Source: Methylophaga frappieri
Lineage (GTDB): Bacteria; Pseudomonadota; Gammaproteobacteria; Nitrosococcales; Methylophagaceae
DNA length: 32,000 nt
Assembly: GCF_000260965.1 (NCBI RefSeq)
Contig: NC_017856.1
Span: forward strand, 2,310,001-2,342,000
Direction: 5' to 3'
The position numbers and the translations under genes were made by a program. The notes under the pieces were generated by a model that ran no database searches, was not told the origin of the DNA, and saw only the letters and a program-made list of their open reading frames with translations. Below, in pieces: positions 15,520-23,539 of this stretch (within the stretch, counting starts at the first letter, position 1; each line of letters opens with the position of its first letter).

Positions 15520-18500
15520 TTATTGAATAAACTGTAATTGACGCCATGACTGACGTCCTTCGTAGCCCGGTTGCGGTCGGGTCACGATGCTTTCGATATT
15601 ATTACCACCGGCACCGCGATCACTCCCACTCAGAATGATGCGTTCCTGGCCATCAGCCGTTCGAATAACCGATGGGGTACTGGTAATACCGATATTGGAT
15701 TTCCGACCAGAGGTCGACACGCATGTGCCACGACAGTTGCCATCTTCGTCATATCCAGTGGGATTATCCGGATCGTCTGGATCAACATTAAGGCTGTATA
15801 GATCTTTGATATCGTCTACAGTGCCGTCGTTATTTAAATCAAATGGCGTAAATCGTAATCGCGAACCAGAGTTAATATCCAATTGCATGACCCAACTGTC
15901 GCCGCCAAAATCACAGGGATCATCTGACGGTAACAAGGTAGTGAAAATAACCCGGCCACCGGTCACTACCGAGCCACTGATTTGCCGTTCACCATTATTG
16001 ACGCCGCCATAATTGAAATCCATATACCAGCCTTTATGCGTGGTCCAATTCACTTTATTGTCGGAGGTAACGCGATATTCTTCACCATTAACCGTGCCTT
16101 CATCAATAATCGTCTGACTTAACAAACTGCTGCGATTAAAGGCAATCGGATTGGGTTCTGCAGAAGTTTCAGGTTTATCCCAAACCGCATAGTAACTCTG
16201 CGTGGTCTGGCCAACACTATTGTTATCGCCAACTTCCAAGTATTTACCAGTACCAAACATCACCAGACTACCGGCACCCGTAATATGCCTTACCACATTG
16301 ACAGGCCCCGTAATGGCTTGTCGGTTATTGGCACCACAATTACCATCACAGGCACGGAAAACTGGCTCAGGCGAACCATTTCGGCGTGAAGAAAAATCCC
16401 ATGAATCAGCCGTTTCGCCGGTCATGTCCAGTTTCCAAAGGTTACCGAATAAATCACCGGCGTAAATATAGTCGGTAATGTAATCGCCATTGACGTCCAC
16501 AGCCGATGGTGTAGCAAGACCATTTGGCCGGCCATTATCGGTTGGATCCTGTTGTGAGCCGACACCAGTGTCAAATGGTTTAATCAGACTGCCATCGGCA
16601 ATATTGACTAGATAAAAGACGCCATTGCCGGTGAGGCTATCCCCACCATTGCCGTTATTATCGTTGTCCACGGTATTGTTATAGCCAGAGGTAAATAAGG
16701 CTGCCCATGTTCCGTTTTTTAGGCGAATGATACTGGGGCGAGAGAAAGTGTAGCCAAGATCACGGTCATTGGCATCGCTAAACTCCCATAAAACCTGAGC
16801 GGCGCCACCTGCCTCATTTTCATAGTCATTGGGATTAGTGACATCCAAGGCAAACATGGCCTGACCGCCACCACCCAATCCCGAAACCAGAATACTCCGC
16901 CATTGTCCACCGATAAAGGCATCGACAATTGTGGGGGTGCCATCGACAAAGTAACGGTGAGTAAAATTAGGATTGGCCAAATCTGCCAGACGCGGGAATA
17001 CCGCCCCCGGAATATAATTAAATAACTCACTTCCGTCGTCTGCATCAAACGCATGCAGCATGCCATCATTGGCACCGACGTAAATCATCGGCGTCCGGTT
17101 GGCGTTGGCTTCTTTGAATTCAGAGTAGGGTTCGGCATTTTCTGCCGCGCCTTCGCCCCAATAATCCCGGTAGCGCAGGCTTGGTTTACCCACAAATTGT
17201 GGCGCAGAATTGACTATGTCGCCCAGTAAACTACTCCGAATTCGAAAGCGACCATTTTGTTTATCTAACTCAACATCCTGATTGCCGCGAACATATTGCA
17301 GAATAGCCCGCTCGCCTAATTGATCGCGTTGCGTCTGAGTTAATCTTCCCCACCGAAAACGCTCACCATCGCCATTACTCCAAGTCAGAATATTCCGGTT
17401 GTTCCAACTGGGTATCAGTGAAGAAGCCTCCCACTGAGCGGCTCCTACACCAGCATCGGTAATTGGCAGGGACCGCAATTCACCACTCCAGTTACCACTA
17501 TCAAAACGGGCTTGATAGACGCGCGCATCGCCCGACACTGTGCCCGAATTCAAGGCGACAGAAGAAGAGGAAGCCGTACGATCAGAGATATCGTTGAGAA
17601 TGCTGGTTAATGCATCGGCAAACTGATCCGGATCGGCCGCACTAAAGAAAGAACCTCGGCTGTTAACAGCCGCATGCCAGAGGTCATCAATGTTGCGCTC
17701 ACTATCTGCCGATGGGGAAGGCCACTCTAATGCACCGCTAGTTAAGGCAGGTAAGTCGGTTGCCGGATTTAAGGTGCCGGTGACACCAAGGCCAACCGTA
17801 AAGTTAACCAGATGCTGCCAAAAAGCCGGATTACTGCCTGAAATAGGCACTTGATTCTCAAGGTCAGCGCGTAAGTCCCGTTTCCAGTAATGCATTGCAA
17901 CGTCCGCCAGGGTATTCGAGGAGTCATCTCGATAGGGACGTGTTGGCGTGTATTGATACACATTATCCTCTGGGTCACTGTGTTCAGAGCCATTATTGTT
18001 GTCGCTGTTGCCCACGCCCGGGCTGTTGCCATTCCAATAACCATCCGTCATCAGAATATTAAAGCTTTGCCGACAGGCCAGATGATCATTATTCAAATTG
18101 GTGCCAGGCGTTCGCGCCCAAGGGCCGCGGTTATCATCTCGCTCAAAATATTTACCCACATTATCAAGCGCTGTCCTTAATGGCGTACCAGATGTCGGGA
18201 TACTTTGTCCGTAAAGATAAGTATTAAAAAAATCACGCCGGTCATTGCCGTCAAAGGTTCTCAAGCCGCGAAGAATGGCTCGACTGCTATTGACGCTATC
18301 AATCGTTCTGCTACCGGTATTAATGGAGGCATAACCGACACGCATATTAGTGCTTTGCCGGGCGAAAGCTTTACCAACGCCTGCTCGAGATAACAAAATC
18401 CGTGAACGGTAGTATTGAAACCAGTTAGCGAAGTTTTGAATTTCTTCATCACGAGTACGGCTACCACCGCTGGGCTTCGAAAAGGTGGTACCGGCGCTTG

Positions 18501-19122
18501 TGCCACTGGTTATTCTGACTCGATCATAATTATCCCGATCTGATCGGGAGCCTGTACCGTCATAGTTATAGTAGGTAATGGGCCAGAAACTATGATTCCC
18601 CCAACACGGATCACCATAGGCTTCATTTAAATTTCCTGCTCGGTACCAACAGGCATATTGAGATTGCTGTGCCAGCAAATCCATAGACCCAGCGCCGGTA
18701 TTCAGCGGGTTATAATACACTTGACGCGGATTAGCGTTCGCCATCAATGAGCCATCGTGATTTCGCCAAGGCTCGTAATCAATATCCGGGTTATAGAAAA
18801 TGACATTGTTTGCAGCAGAGCGTTGATAATAATTATGAAAATTATCATCATCAAAGTTAGGAATTTGATTGGTGTAAGTACTACTTCCATAAACGTTGTT
18901 GGGTGCCGGAAACAAATAATTCGCATAGCTGCCACGGACACTTTCGGGCATCATCTCAAATTGCATTGAACCGGAGTCGTCCATGGTGAACATGACATTG
19001 GGCTCAATCGCACCACCGAGGTAAAGCGGCGTATTCGCCAAATCGAGGTCAGCCGCCGCCGTATAGGTACTGTGTAAAAACAGGGCGGTAAAAAGTGAAA
19101 TCAGTAAAGATTGTTTAGCCAT
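15520..19122 (-). CDS. pilY1: Type IV pilus tip adhesin/biogenesis factor PilY1 (N-terminal vWA domain, C-terminal PilC/PilY1 beta-propeller)
   Basis: 1200 aa with signal peptide MAKQSLLISLFTALFLHSTYTAAA and the motif ANTPLYLGG..PNVMFTMDDSGSM (MIDAS DDSGS at 18967..18981). The C-terminal signature is AVDVNGDYITDYIYAGDLFGNLWKLDM (Ca-loop at 16471..16497). It sits between pilX and pilE. Confidence 0.9.
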   Translation of the reverse strand: MAKQSLLISLFTALFLHSTYTAAADLDLANTPLYLGGAIEPNVMFTMDDSGSMQFEMMPESVRGSYANYLFPAPNNVYGSSTYTNQIPNFDDDNFHNYYQRSAANNVIFYNPDIDYEPWRNHDGSLMANANPRQVYYNPLNTGAGSMDLLAQQSQYACWYRAGNLNEAYGDPCWGNHSFWPITYYNYDGTGSRSDRDNYDRVRITSGTSAGTTFSKPSGGSRTRDEEIQNFANWFQYYRSRILLSRAGVGKAFARQSTNMRVGYASINTGSRTIDSVNSSRAILRGLRTFDGNDRRDFFNTYLYGQSIPTSGTPLRTALDNVGKYFERDDNRGPWARTPGTNLNNDHLACRQSFNILMTDGYWNGNSPGVGNSDNNNGSEHSDPEDNVYQYTPTRPYRDDSSNTLADVAMHYWKRDLRADLENQVPISGSNPAFWQHLVNFTVGLGVTGTLNPATDLPALTSGALEWPSPSADSERNIDDLWHAAVNSRGSFFSAADPDQFADALTSILNDISDRTASSSSVALNSGTVSGDARVYQARFDSGNWSGELRSLPITDAGVGAAQWEASSLIPSWNNRNILTWSNGDGERFRWGRLTQTQRDQLGERAILQYVRGNQDVELDKQNGRFRIRSSLLGDIVNSAPQFVGKPSLRYRDYWGEGAAENAEPYSEFKEANANRTPMIYVGANDGMLHAFDADDGSELFNYIPGAVFPRLADLANPNFTHRYFVDGTPTIVDAFIGGQWRSILVSGLGGGGQAMFALDVTNPNDYENEAGGAAQVLWEFSDANDRDLGYTFSRPSIIRLKNGTWAALFTSGYNNTVDNDNNGNGGDSLTGNGVFYLVNIADGSLIKPFDTGVGSQQDPTDNGRPNGLATPSAVDVNGDYITDYIYAGDLFGNLWKLDMTGETADSWDFSSRRNGSPEPVFRACDGNCGANNRQAITGPVNVVRHITGAGSLVMFGTGKYLEVGDNNSVGQTTQSYYAVWDKPETSAEPNPIAFNRSSLLSQTIIDEGTVNGEEYRVTSDNKVNWTTHKGWYMDFNYGGVNNGERQISGSVVTGGRVIFTTLLPSDDPCDFGGDSWVMQLDINSGSRLRFTPFDLNNDGTVDDIKDLYSLNVDPDDPDNPTGYDEDGNCRGTCVSTSGRKSNIGITSTPSVIRTADGQERIILSGSDRGAGGNNIESIVTRPQPGYEGRQSWRQLQFIQ

Positions 19123-19124
19123 GG

Positions 19125-19676
19125 TTAGTACCTCTTGGCAACAGTGCTCTGTAATAGCACCCGGGATTGGTTAGAACCGCCGGTGGCTCGCGCTGTAATA
19201 CGATAAAAAGAGCGTCCCGTATCCCGGTTACCATCTTGGATGACCTGATCATCAGGTATTTCAACCAAATATTCGATAATGGTCATAGGGCGTGTGGTCA
19301 CATTCGTGATATCGGCGCCGTACTGAACCCCATTATCTTGCCACCAGACAGTGCCGCGGGTTGGTTCCTGCCACCACGGCAAATTATTATTCCAGTTGGC
19401 ATCTAGATCACCTTGTTCGGAATTCCAGATGCGATTATTACCATCTTCAGTCGGCAATGGGTCATTAGTCTGCGCATCCAGCCAGGCTTCGGCATCACGC
19501 AAGGCCGTTTCGGCAGCTTGAAAGGCGAGCGCCATATCGCGAGAATTACCGGCCATTTTTTCTTCGAGCAGACTGGTACGCATTGCCGCTAAGCCAATAA
19601 TGACCAAAATCACCAGAATAATCAGGCTGATAATCAGCGCTGCCCCCGATTGTGCCTGTTTTGCTGAACGCATCAT
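19125..19676 (-). CDS. pilX: Minor pilin PilX
   Basis: MMRSAKQAQSG/AALIISLIILVILVIIGLAAMRTSLLEEKMAGNSRD is a PilX-type N-terminus lacking Glu5. The ATGA start/stop overlaps pilW, and the stop lies 2 nt before the pilY1 ATG. Confidence 0.8.
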   Translation of the reverse strand: MMRSAKQAQSGAALIISLIILVILVIIGLAAMRTSLLEEKMAGNSRDMALAFQAAETALRDAEAWLDAQTNDPLPTEDGNNRIWNSEQGDLDANWNNNLPWWQEPTRGTVWWQDNGVQYGADITNVTTRPMTIIEYLVEIPDDQVIQDGNRDTGRSFYRITARATGGSNQSRVLLQSTVAKRY

Positions 19677-20731
19677 GGTAGCCGGTTCCTGAGGGCAATG
19701 GTTTGGGAATAGACTTCACGGATACGGTTATCATTGGCGATGATGTTATTGCCATCGAAGGTGTATTCTTGTGGTTCCATGGTCAGGTTATCTGTCGCAG
19801 AAACCATCAGCAGCTGAATCTCCAAACTGACCACATTTTCCCAGTTACCGACGTTATTTGCGGTGCGATATTCATCTGCCATGCTGTCCAGATTGGTATC
19901 AATACCATATAAAATCTGCATATTTTCAACACCTTCAACTAACTCTTGAGCCTCTTGCCCCGATGGCGCTTCGCGCATGTAAAGAGAGGGCACTTGCGGA
20001 CGAGGAGTTGCTGGTGGCGTACGTAAGAAAAAACTACGTGTAACAATTCGGTTTAACTGGGCATTTTCATAGCGTTTGCCTAATTGGGTTGTTGCATTGC
20101 CCGGTGTTGTCGTTGGTGCATTGCCCGGTGTTGTCGTTGGTGCGGCACTGGATGCGTGACTGATTGCCGAACCCGCGGCGGTAATTTCGAATACAGCGGC
20201 GTTCAGGCAATCCGAGACCACCACGATGTCATTGACCTCGAGATCGCCTGCGCCGCCAACGTTGAGGTCACCGGAACCGAACGCGTCACCATCCTGATCA
20301 AAAACGGGAATAGTCGGCTCCAGAATGGTCCGGAAAGTAATGAGATCAAAGACTATAGGATCTTCAGGATCTGTAGTGATAAAATCGGGTTTTGCCGGTA
20401 ACCAGCTATTATCACTGGCTTCATTACCAAGCACATCTATGCCAAAATCCCATTCAAAATCAGTTGCGTTGTTTAAACTGTTGGCAAGCGGAATAGCGGC
20501 ACGGCTACCACAGCCTCGATAGCCAGTGTTAAGCGCAGATTGACTGATCAATTGGACCGCTAAACGGGCGTTTTCCTGAAGTCGGGATTTCGCTTCTTGG
20601 ACGCGATACATCTGCCGGGCCCCAATAAAGATTTCGATGACCGCAAGAATTACGATCGAGCTTAATACCAAAGCAACCATCAGCTCAACCAGTGAGAAAC
20701 CGCGAGCGTTTTGACGAGACGAGATAATCAC
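19673..20731 (-). CDS. pilW: Minor pilin PilW
   Basis: (GTG)IISSRQNARG/FSLVELMVALVLSSIVILAVIEIF is a prepilin-type N-terminus. The gene is 352 aa, lies between pilV and pilX, and its GTG start overlaps the pilV stop (GTGA). Confidence 0.8.
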   Translation of the reverse strand: MIISSRQNARGFSLVELMVALVLSSIVILAVIEIFIGARQMYRVQEAKSRLQENARLAVQLISQSALNTGYRGCGSRAAIPLANSLNNATDFEWDFGIDVLGNEASDNSWLPAKPDFITTDPEDPIVFDLITFRTILEPTIPVFDQDGDAFGSGDLNVGGAGDLEVNDIVVVSDCLNAAVFEITAAGSAISHASSAAPTTTPGNAPTTTPGNATTQLGKRYENAQLNRIVTRSFFLRTPPATPRPQVPSLYMREAPSGQEAQELVEGVENMQILYGIDTNLDSMADEYRTANNVGNWENVVSLEIQLLMVSATDNLTMEPQEYTFDGNNIIANDNRIREVYSQTIALRNRLP

Positions 20732-21198
20732 AGTGCCCCCTCATAACTGAAAGTGGTTGCGCTCAAATTGCCACTTGATTGCGCTTCTGTCCATTGAATA
20801 TCAATGGCGCATATGATTGCTCCCTCAGGACTTCGTCCATCACAATCAATACTGCCATCGCCCTCAGGTAATTCTTCTTCGAGCAGAACAAGCCATTGAC
20901 AGATGTCTCGTCTGACTGCCGGTGATGCCGGGCAAATGCCATCGTTCGTATTCGGGTCGACATTGAGTGCGGTATTGTAGGCATCATCTCCAGCTGCTTC
21001 CGGATCTCTAGCTGCTTCCGGGTTCGCTCGCATACGCTCCAGAATATCACTGGCCATAATGGAGGCGGTGCTTCTGAATTGTGCGGATTGATTGGTCTTT
21101 AATGAACTGCTTTGCAAGTAGGCCAGTGCCAGCACACCCAGCGCCAGAATGAAAACGGCGATCATGATTTCCAGTAAGGTGAATCCTTTCTGTTTCAT
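20728..21198 (-). CDS. pilV: Minor pilin PilV
   Basis: MKQKG/FTLLEIMIAVFILALGVLALAYLQ. I place the start at ATG 21198, which gives an ATGA overlap with the fimU stop. The track start at 21204 is a TTG two codons upstream. Confidence 0.8.
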   Translation of the reverse strand: MKQKGFTLLEIMIAVFILALGVLALAYLQSSSLKTNQSAQFRSTASIMASDILERMRANPEAARDPEAAGDDAYNTALNVDPNTNDGICPASPAVRRDICQWLVLLEEELPEGDGSIDCDGRSPEGAIICAIDIQWTEAQSSGNLSATTFSYEGAL

Positions 21199-21755
21199 GG
21201 GCAATCTCCAGCCTCAGCTTCAGTCACTGGACGTCCAGTTAAGTTGATAACAATTTGGCGTGAAAGTGGCGGTTCACCACTTTGCTCAAAAAGCCTAAAT
21301 ATAATATCTTTTCTCTCATCTACGTGGCCGACCGCCCGACCATTTGGTAAATAGCCAAGAGTAGTGGCCAAATTACAAGTGAGTAACATCATATTGCTGT
21401 TAATTGACGGTTCGTCCCGCAGAATACAGTCCTCTTCAATGCTGCAATCTGTATTCGACTCAACACCATCAAAAACGTCGTTGTTTTCAATTTCCCAATT
21501 GGTAAACATCAGCCAACCATCTTCCCAATCATCTCCTTTTCGTTCTAAGAATACTGGAACACCACGCTTAACCGCCTCACTTCGGGCGAGTTGCAGTGAT
21601 GCGACCAGGTTGTTGGCTTCAGTGCTCAGGCGATTATCTCGAACAATATTCAGAAAGGCCGGTGCAGCAATGGCAGCCAAAATACCGACGATGGTCAACA
21701 CAATGATAAGTTCGATTAAGGTAAAACCCGCATGTCGGGTGATGTTGCTACTCAT
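21195..21755 (-). CDS. fimU: GspH-like minor pilin FimU/FimT
   Basis: MSSNITRHAG/FTLIELIIVLTIVGILAAIAAPAF..LSTEANNLVASLQLARSEAVKRG has a typical FimU/FimT/GspH N-terminal half. It is the first gene of the operon. Confidence 0.8.
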   Translation of the reverse strand: MSSNITRHAGFTLIELIIVLTIVGILAAIAAPAFLNIVRDNRLSTEANNLVASLQLARSEAVKRGVPVFLERKGDDWEDGWLMFTNWEIENNDVFDGVESNTDCSIEEDCILRDEPSINSNMMLLTCNLATTLGYLPNGRAVGHVDERKDIIFRLFEQSGEPPLSRQIVINLTGRPVTEAEAGDCP

Positions 21756-21782
21756 AAAATGAATCCCTGCATTTACTCTCTG

Positions 21783-21811
21783 CTTTTAGCGCGAAACTGC
21801 TTACAGGTCAA
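21783..21811 (-). promoter_or_regulatory. Candidate sigma70 promoter of the fimU-pilE operon
   Basis: On the minus strand: TTGACC (21811..21806), a 17-nt spacer, TAAAAG (21788..21783). This puts a start roughly 20 nt upstream of the fimU ATG. Sequence match only. Confidence 0.35.
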
Positions 21812-21962
21812 GGTGTTAATCAATCATGCGAGCCGAATTGTTAGCTAGTTCGCAAAAAAAATGCCGTGCCTTTTTCCTAAAAGCGGCAAAGCCTGCCGCT
21901 GCCGCTAAATTATAACGGATTTAAATGGATTAAGCTTTTGATAAATAATAAAAAAGTAACTA

Positions 21963-21978
21963 TGGCACGAATGCTGCT
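21963..21978 (+). promoter_or_regulatory. Sigma54 (-24/-12) promoter upstream of flgB
   Basis: TGGCACGAATGCTGCT compared with consensus TGGCACG-N4-TTGCW: GG and GC are correctly spaced, and the GC lies 35 nt before the flgB ATG. Confidence 0.7.
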
Positions 21979-22011
21979 GTAATCAAGCCAAATCAAAATG
22001 AGGGAAGTGGG

Positions 22012-22413
22012 ATGGCAATCAACTTTGATGCAGCACTCGGTATCCATGCGGAGGCCTTGCGTGTGCGTTCCCAGCGGGCTGAAATGTTGGCAACTAACTT
22101 GGCTAATGCCGATACCCCTAACTTTAAGGCCCGTGATATTGATTTTCAGGCGGCACTGAAAGCGGCAAATGCCGATCAACAAAGCGGCAAATTAGAACGA
22201 ACACATCAGCAACATTTTCAAGTGAATGCCAATAGTGTGGATAACCCGGCAATTCAATATCGGACGGTGATTCAGGACTCACTGGATGGCAATACCGTTG
22301 ATGAGCAAGTAGAGCAGGCACAATTTATGCAGAATGCAGTGCATTATCAGGCGACGCTGGAGTTTCTGGGTGGCAAGTTCCAAAGTCTGACCAAAGCATT
22401 ACGTGGAGAGTAA
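22012..22413 (+). CDS. flgB: Flagellar proximal rod protein FlgB
   Basis: MAINFDAALGIHAEALRVRSQRAEMLATNLANADTPNFKARD and the C-terminal ..NAVHYQATLEFLGGKFQSLTKALRGE. First gene of the cluster. Confidence 0.92.
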   Translation: MAINFDAALGIHAEALRVRSQRAEMLATNLANADTPNFKARDIDFQAALKAANADQQSGKLERTHQQHFQVNANSVDNPAIQYRTVIQDSLDGNTVDEQVEQAQFMQNAVHYQATLEFLGGKFQSLTKALRGE

Positions 22414-22415
22414 TT

Positions 22416-22829
22416 ATGTCTTTATTTAGTATTTTTGATATTGCTGGCAGTGGCATGAGTGCCCAGTCGCTACGCCTCAATACCACGGCAAGTAATCTGG
22501 CGAATGCGGATAGTGTCAGCAGTAGCGTCAATGAAAGTTATCGTGCTCGTCAGCCGATTTTTCAGGCGGTGCTGGATAGCTTTGACAATGATTTTAAGCA
22601 AGGCAGTGTCAAAGTGCACGGTATTACTGAAAGTCAGGCGCCTATCCGGCAAGAATACAATCCAACCCATCCGATGGCGGATGACAATGGCTATATTTAT
22701 CACGCCAATGTGGATCCCATTGCCGAGATGGCCAATATGATGTCGGCCTCTCGTTCTTATCAGAACAATGTTGAGATCGCTAATACATCCAAACAATTAT
22801 TGCTGCAAACCTTGCGGCTGGGTGAATAA
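22416..22829 (+). CDS. flgC: Flagellar proximal rod protein FlgC
   Basis: MSLFSIFDIAGSGMSAQSLRLNTTASNLANADS...MANMMSASRSYQNNVEIANTSKQLLLQTLRLGE. Confidence 0.92.
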   Translation: MSLFSIFDIAGSGMSAQSLRLNTTASNLANADSVSSSVNESYRARQPIFQAVLDSFDNDFKQGSVKVHGITESQAPIRQEYNPTHPMADDNGYIYHANVDPIAEMANMMSASRSYQNNVEIANTSKQLLLQTLRLGE

Positions 22830-22843
22830 CAGGAGACTGGCCG

Positions 22844-23527
22844 ATGGCAATTGATGGCGTGGGCAATAACCCCTATAACTTTCTTAATGGCACACAGCAG
22901 ACCAGCAATGACGATGCGAATAGTGATCCCGGTGCGCTGGCCATGTCTGACTTTTTGTCGCTGATGACGACGCAGTTGATGAATCAGGATCCCCTAAAGC
23001 CAATGGAAAATGGCGATTTTCTAGGTCAGATTGCGCAATTCGGTACGGTTAGTGGTATTGCCGACTTACAAGAATCTTTCTCCAGCTTTAGTAAAGCGAT
23101 GCAGTCGGATCAGGCGTTGCAGGGTTCTTCGCTGGTTGGTCGCAGTGTATTGGTGCCGTCATCCATTGGCACGATGGCGCCGGATACCCCCTTAAAAGGG
23201 CAAATTAATGTGGCTGAGTCGGTCACCGATTTGAAAGTCAATATATACAGTGAGGCTGGTGTGCTGGTGGACACGATTGAGATGGGGTCAGCCTCTGGCT
23301 ATACCAATTTCACTTGGGACGGCTTTGATTCCCAAGGTGAGCCAATGCCTGCCGGGGTCTATCAGTTTCAGGCGACTGGCACGGTAAATGGACAAAATAC
23401 GGCTTTTGCTACCGCGACCGTGGCACGTGTTGATAGCGTGCTGGTAGGTAGTGGTAGTCAAGGCTTGACGGTCAATCTGGCGGGCATTGGTTCAGTGCCA
23501 TTTAATGAAGTTCAAGAAATCATTTAA
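22844..23527 (+). CDS. flgD: Flagellar hook capping/assembly protein FlgD
   Basis: ..DFLSLMTTQLMNQDPLKPMENGDFLGQIAQFGTVSGI.. followed by a C-terminal FlgD Ig-like region. Position between flgC and flgE. Confidence 0.9.
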   Translation: MAIDGVGNNPYNFLNGTQQTSNDDANSDPGALAMSDFLSLMTTQLMNQDPLKPMENGDFLGQIAQFGTVSGIADLQESFSSFSKAMQSDQALQGSSLVGRSVLVPSSIGTMAPDTPLKGQINVAESVTDLKVNIYSEAGVLVDTIEMGSASGYTNFTWDGFDSQGEPMPAGVYQFQATGTVNGQNTAFATATVARVDSVLVGSGSQGLTVNLAGIGSVPFNEVQEII

Positions 23528-23539
23528 GGAGTATCGGCA

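Noticed and set aside
15509-15547. The 13-codon extension of the PilY2-position ORF (MASITVYSISEAL-)
   Set aside because: It overlaps the pilY1 3' end. ATG 15508 is preceded by GAGG and starts directly with a canonical signal peptide.
21854-21861. The A8 homopolymer as a phase-variation tract for the pilus operon
   Set aside because: It lies about 45 nt upstream of the candidate -35, not in a promoter spacer or a coding region, and is short. There is no evidence for slippage control.
21909-21914. A minus-strand TATAAT hexamer as the fimU promoter -10
   Set aside because: There is no acceptable -35 at 16-19 nt (best is AAGCTT at 17 nt), and it would give a ~145-nt leader containing a terminator-like hairpin. 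The TTGACC-N17-TAAAAG candidate closer to fimU is preferred.
21910-22182. Minus-strand 90-aa ORF spanning the flgB promoter and 5' end
   Set aside because: It is antisense to flgB and covers the sigma54 promoter. It has no RBS and a product with no recognisable motif.
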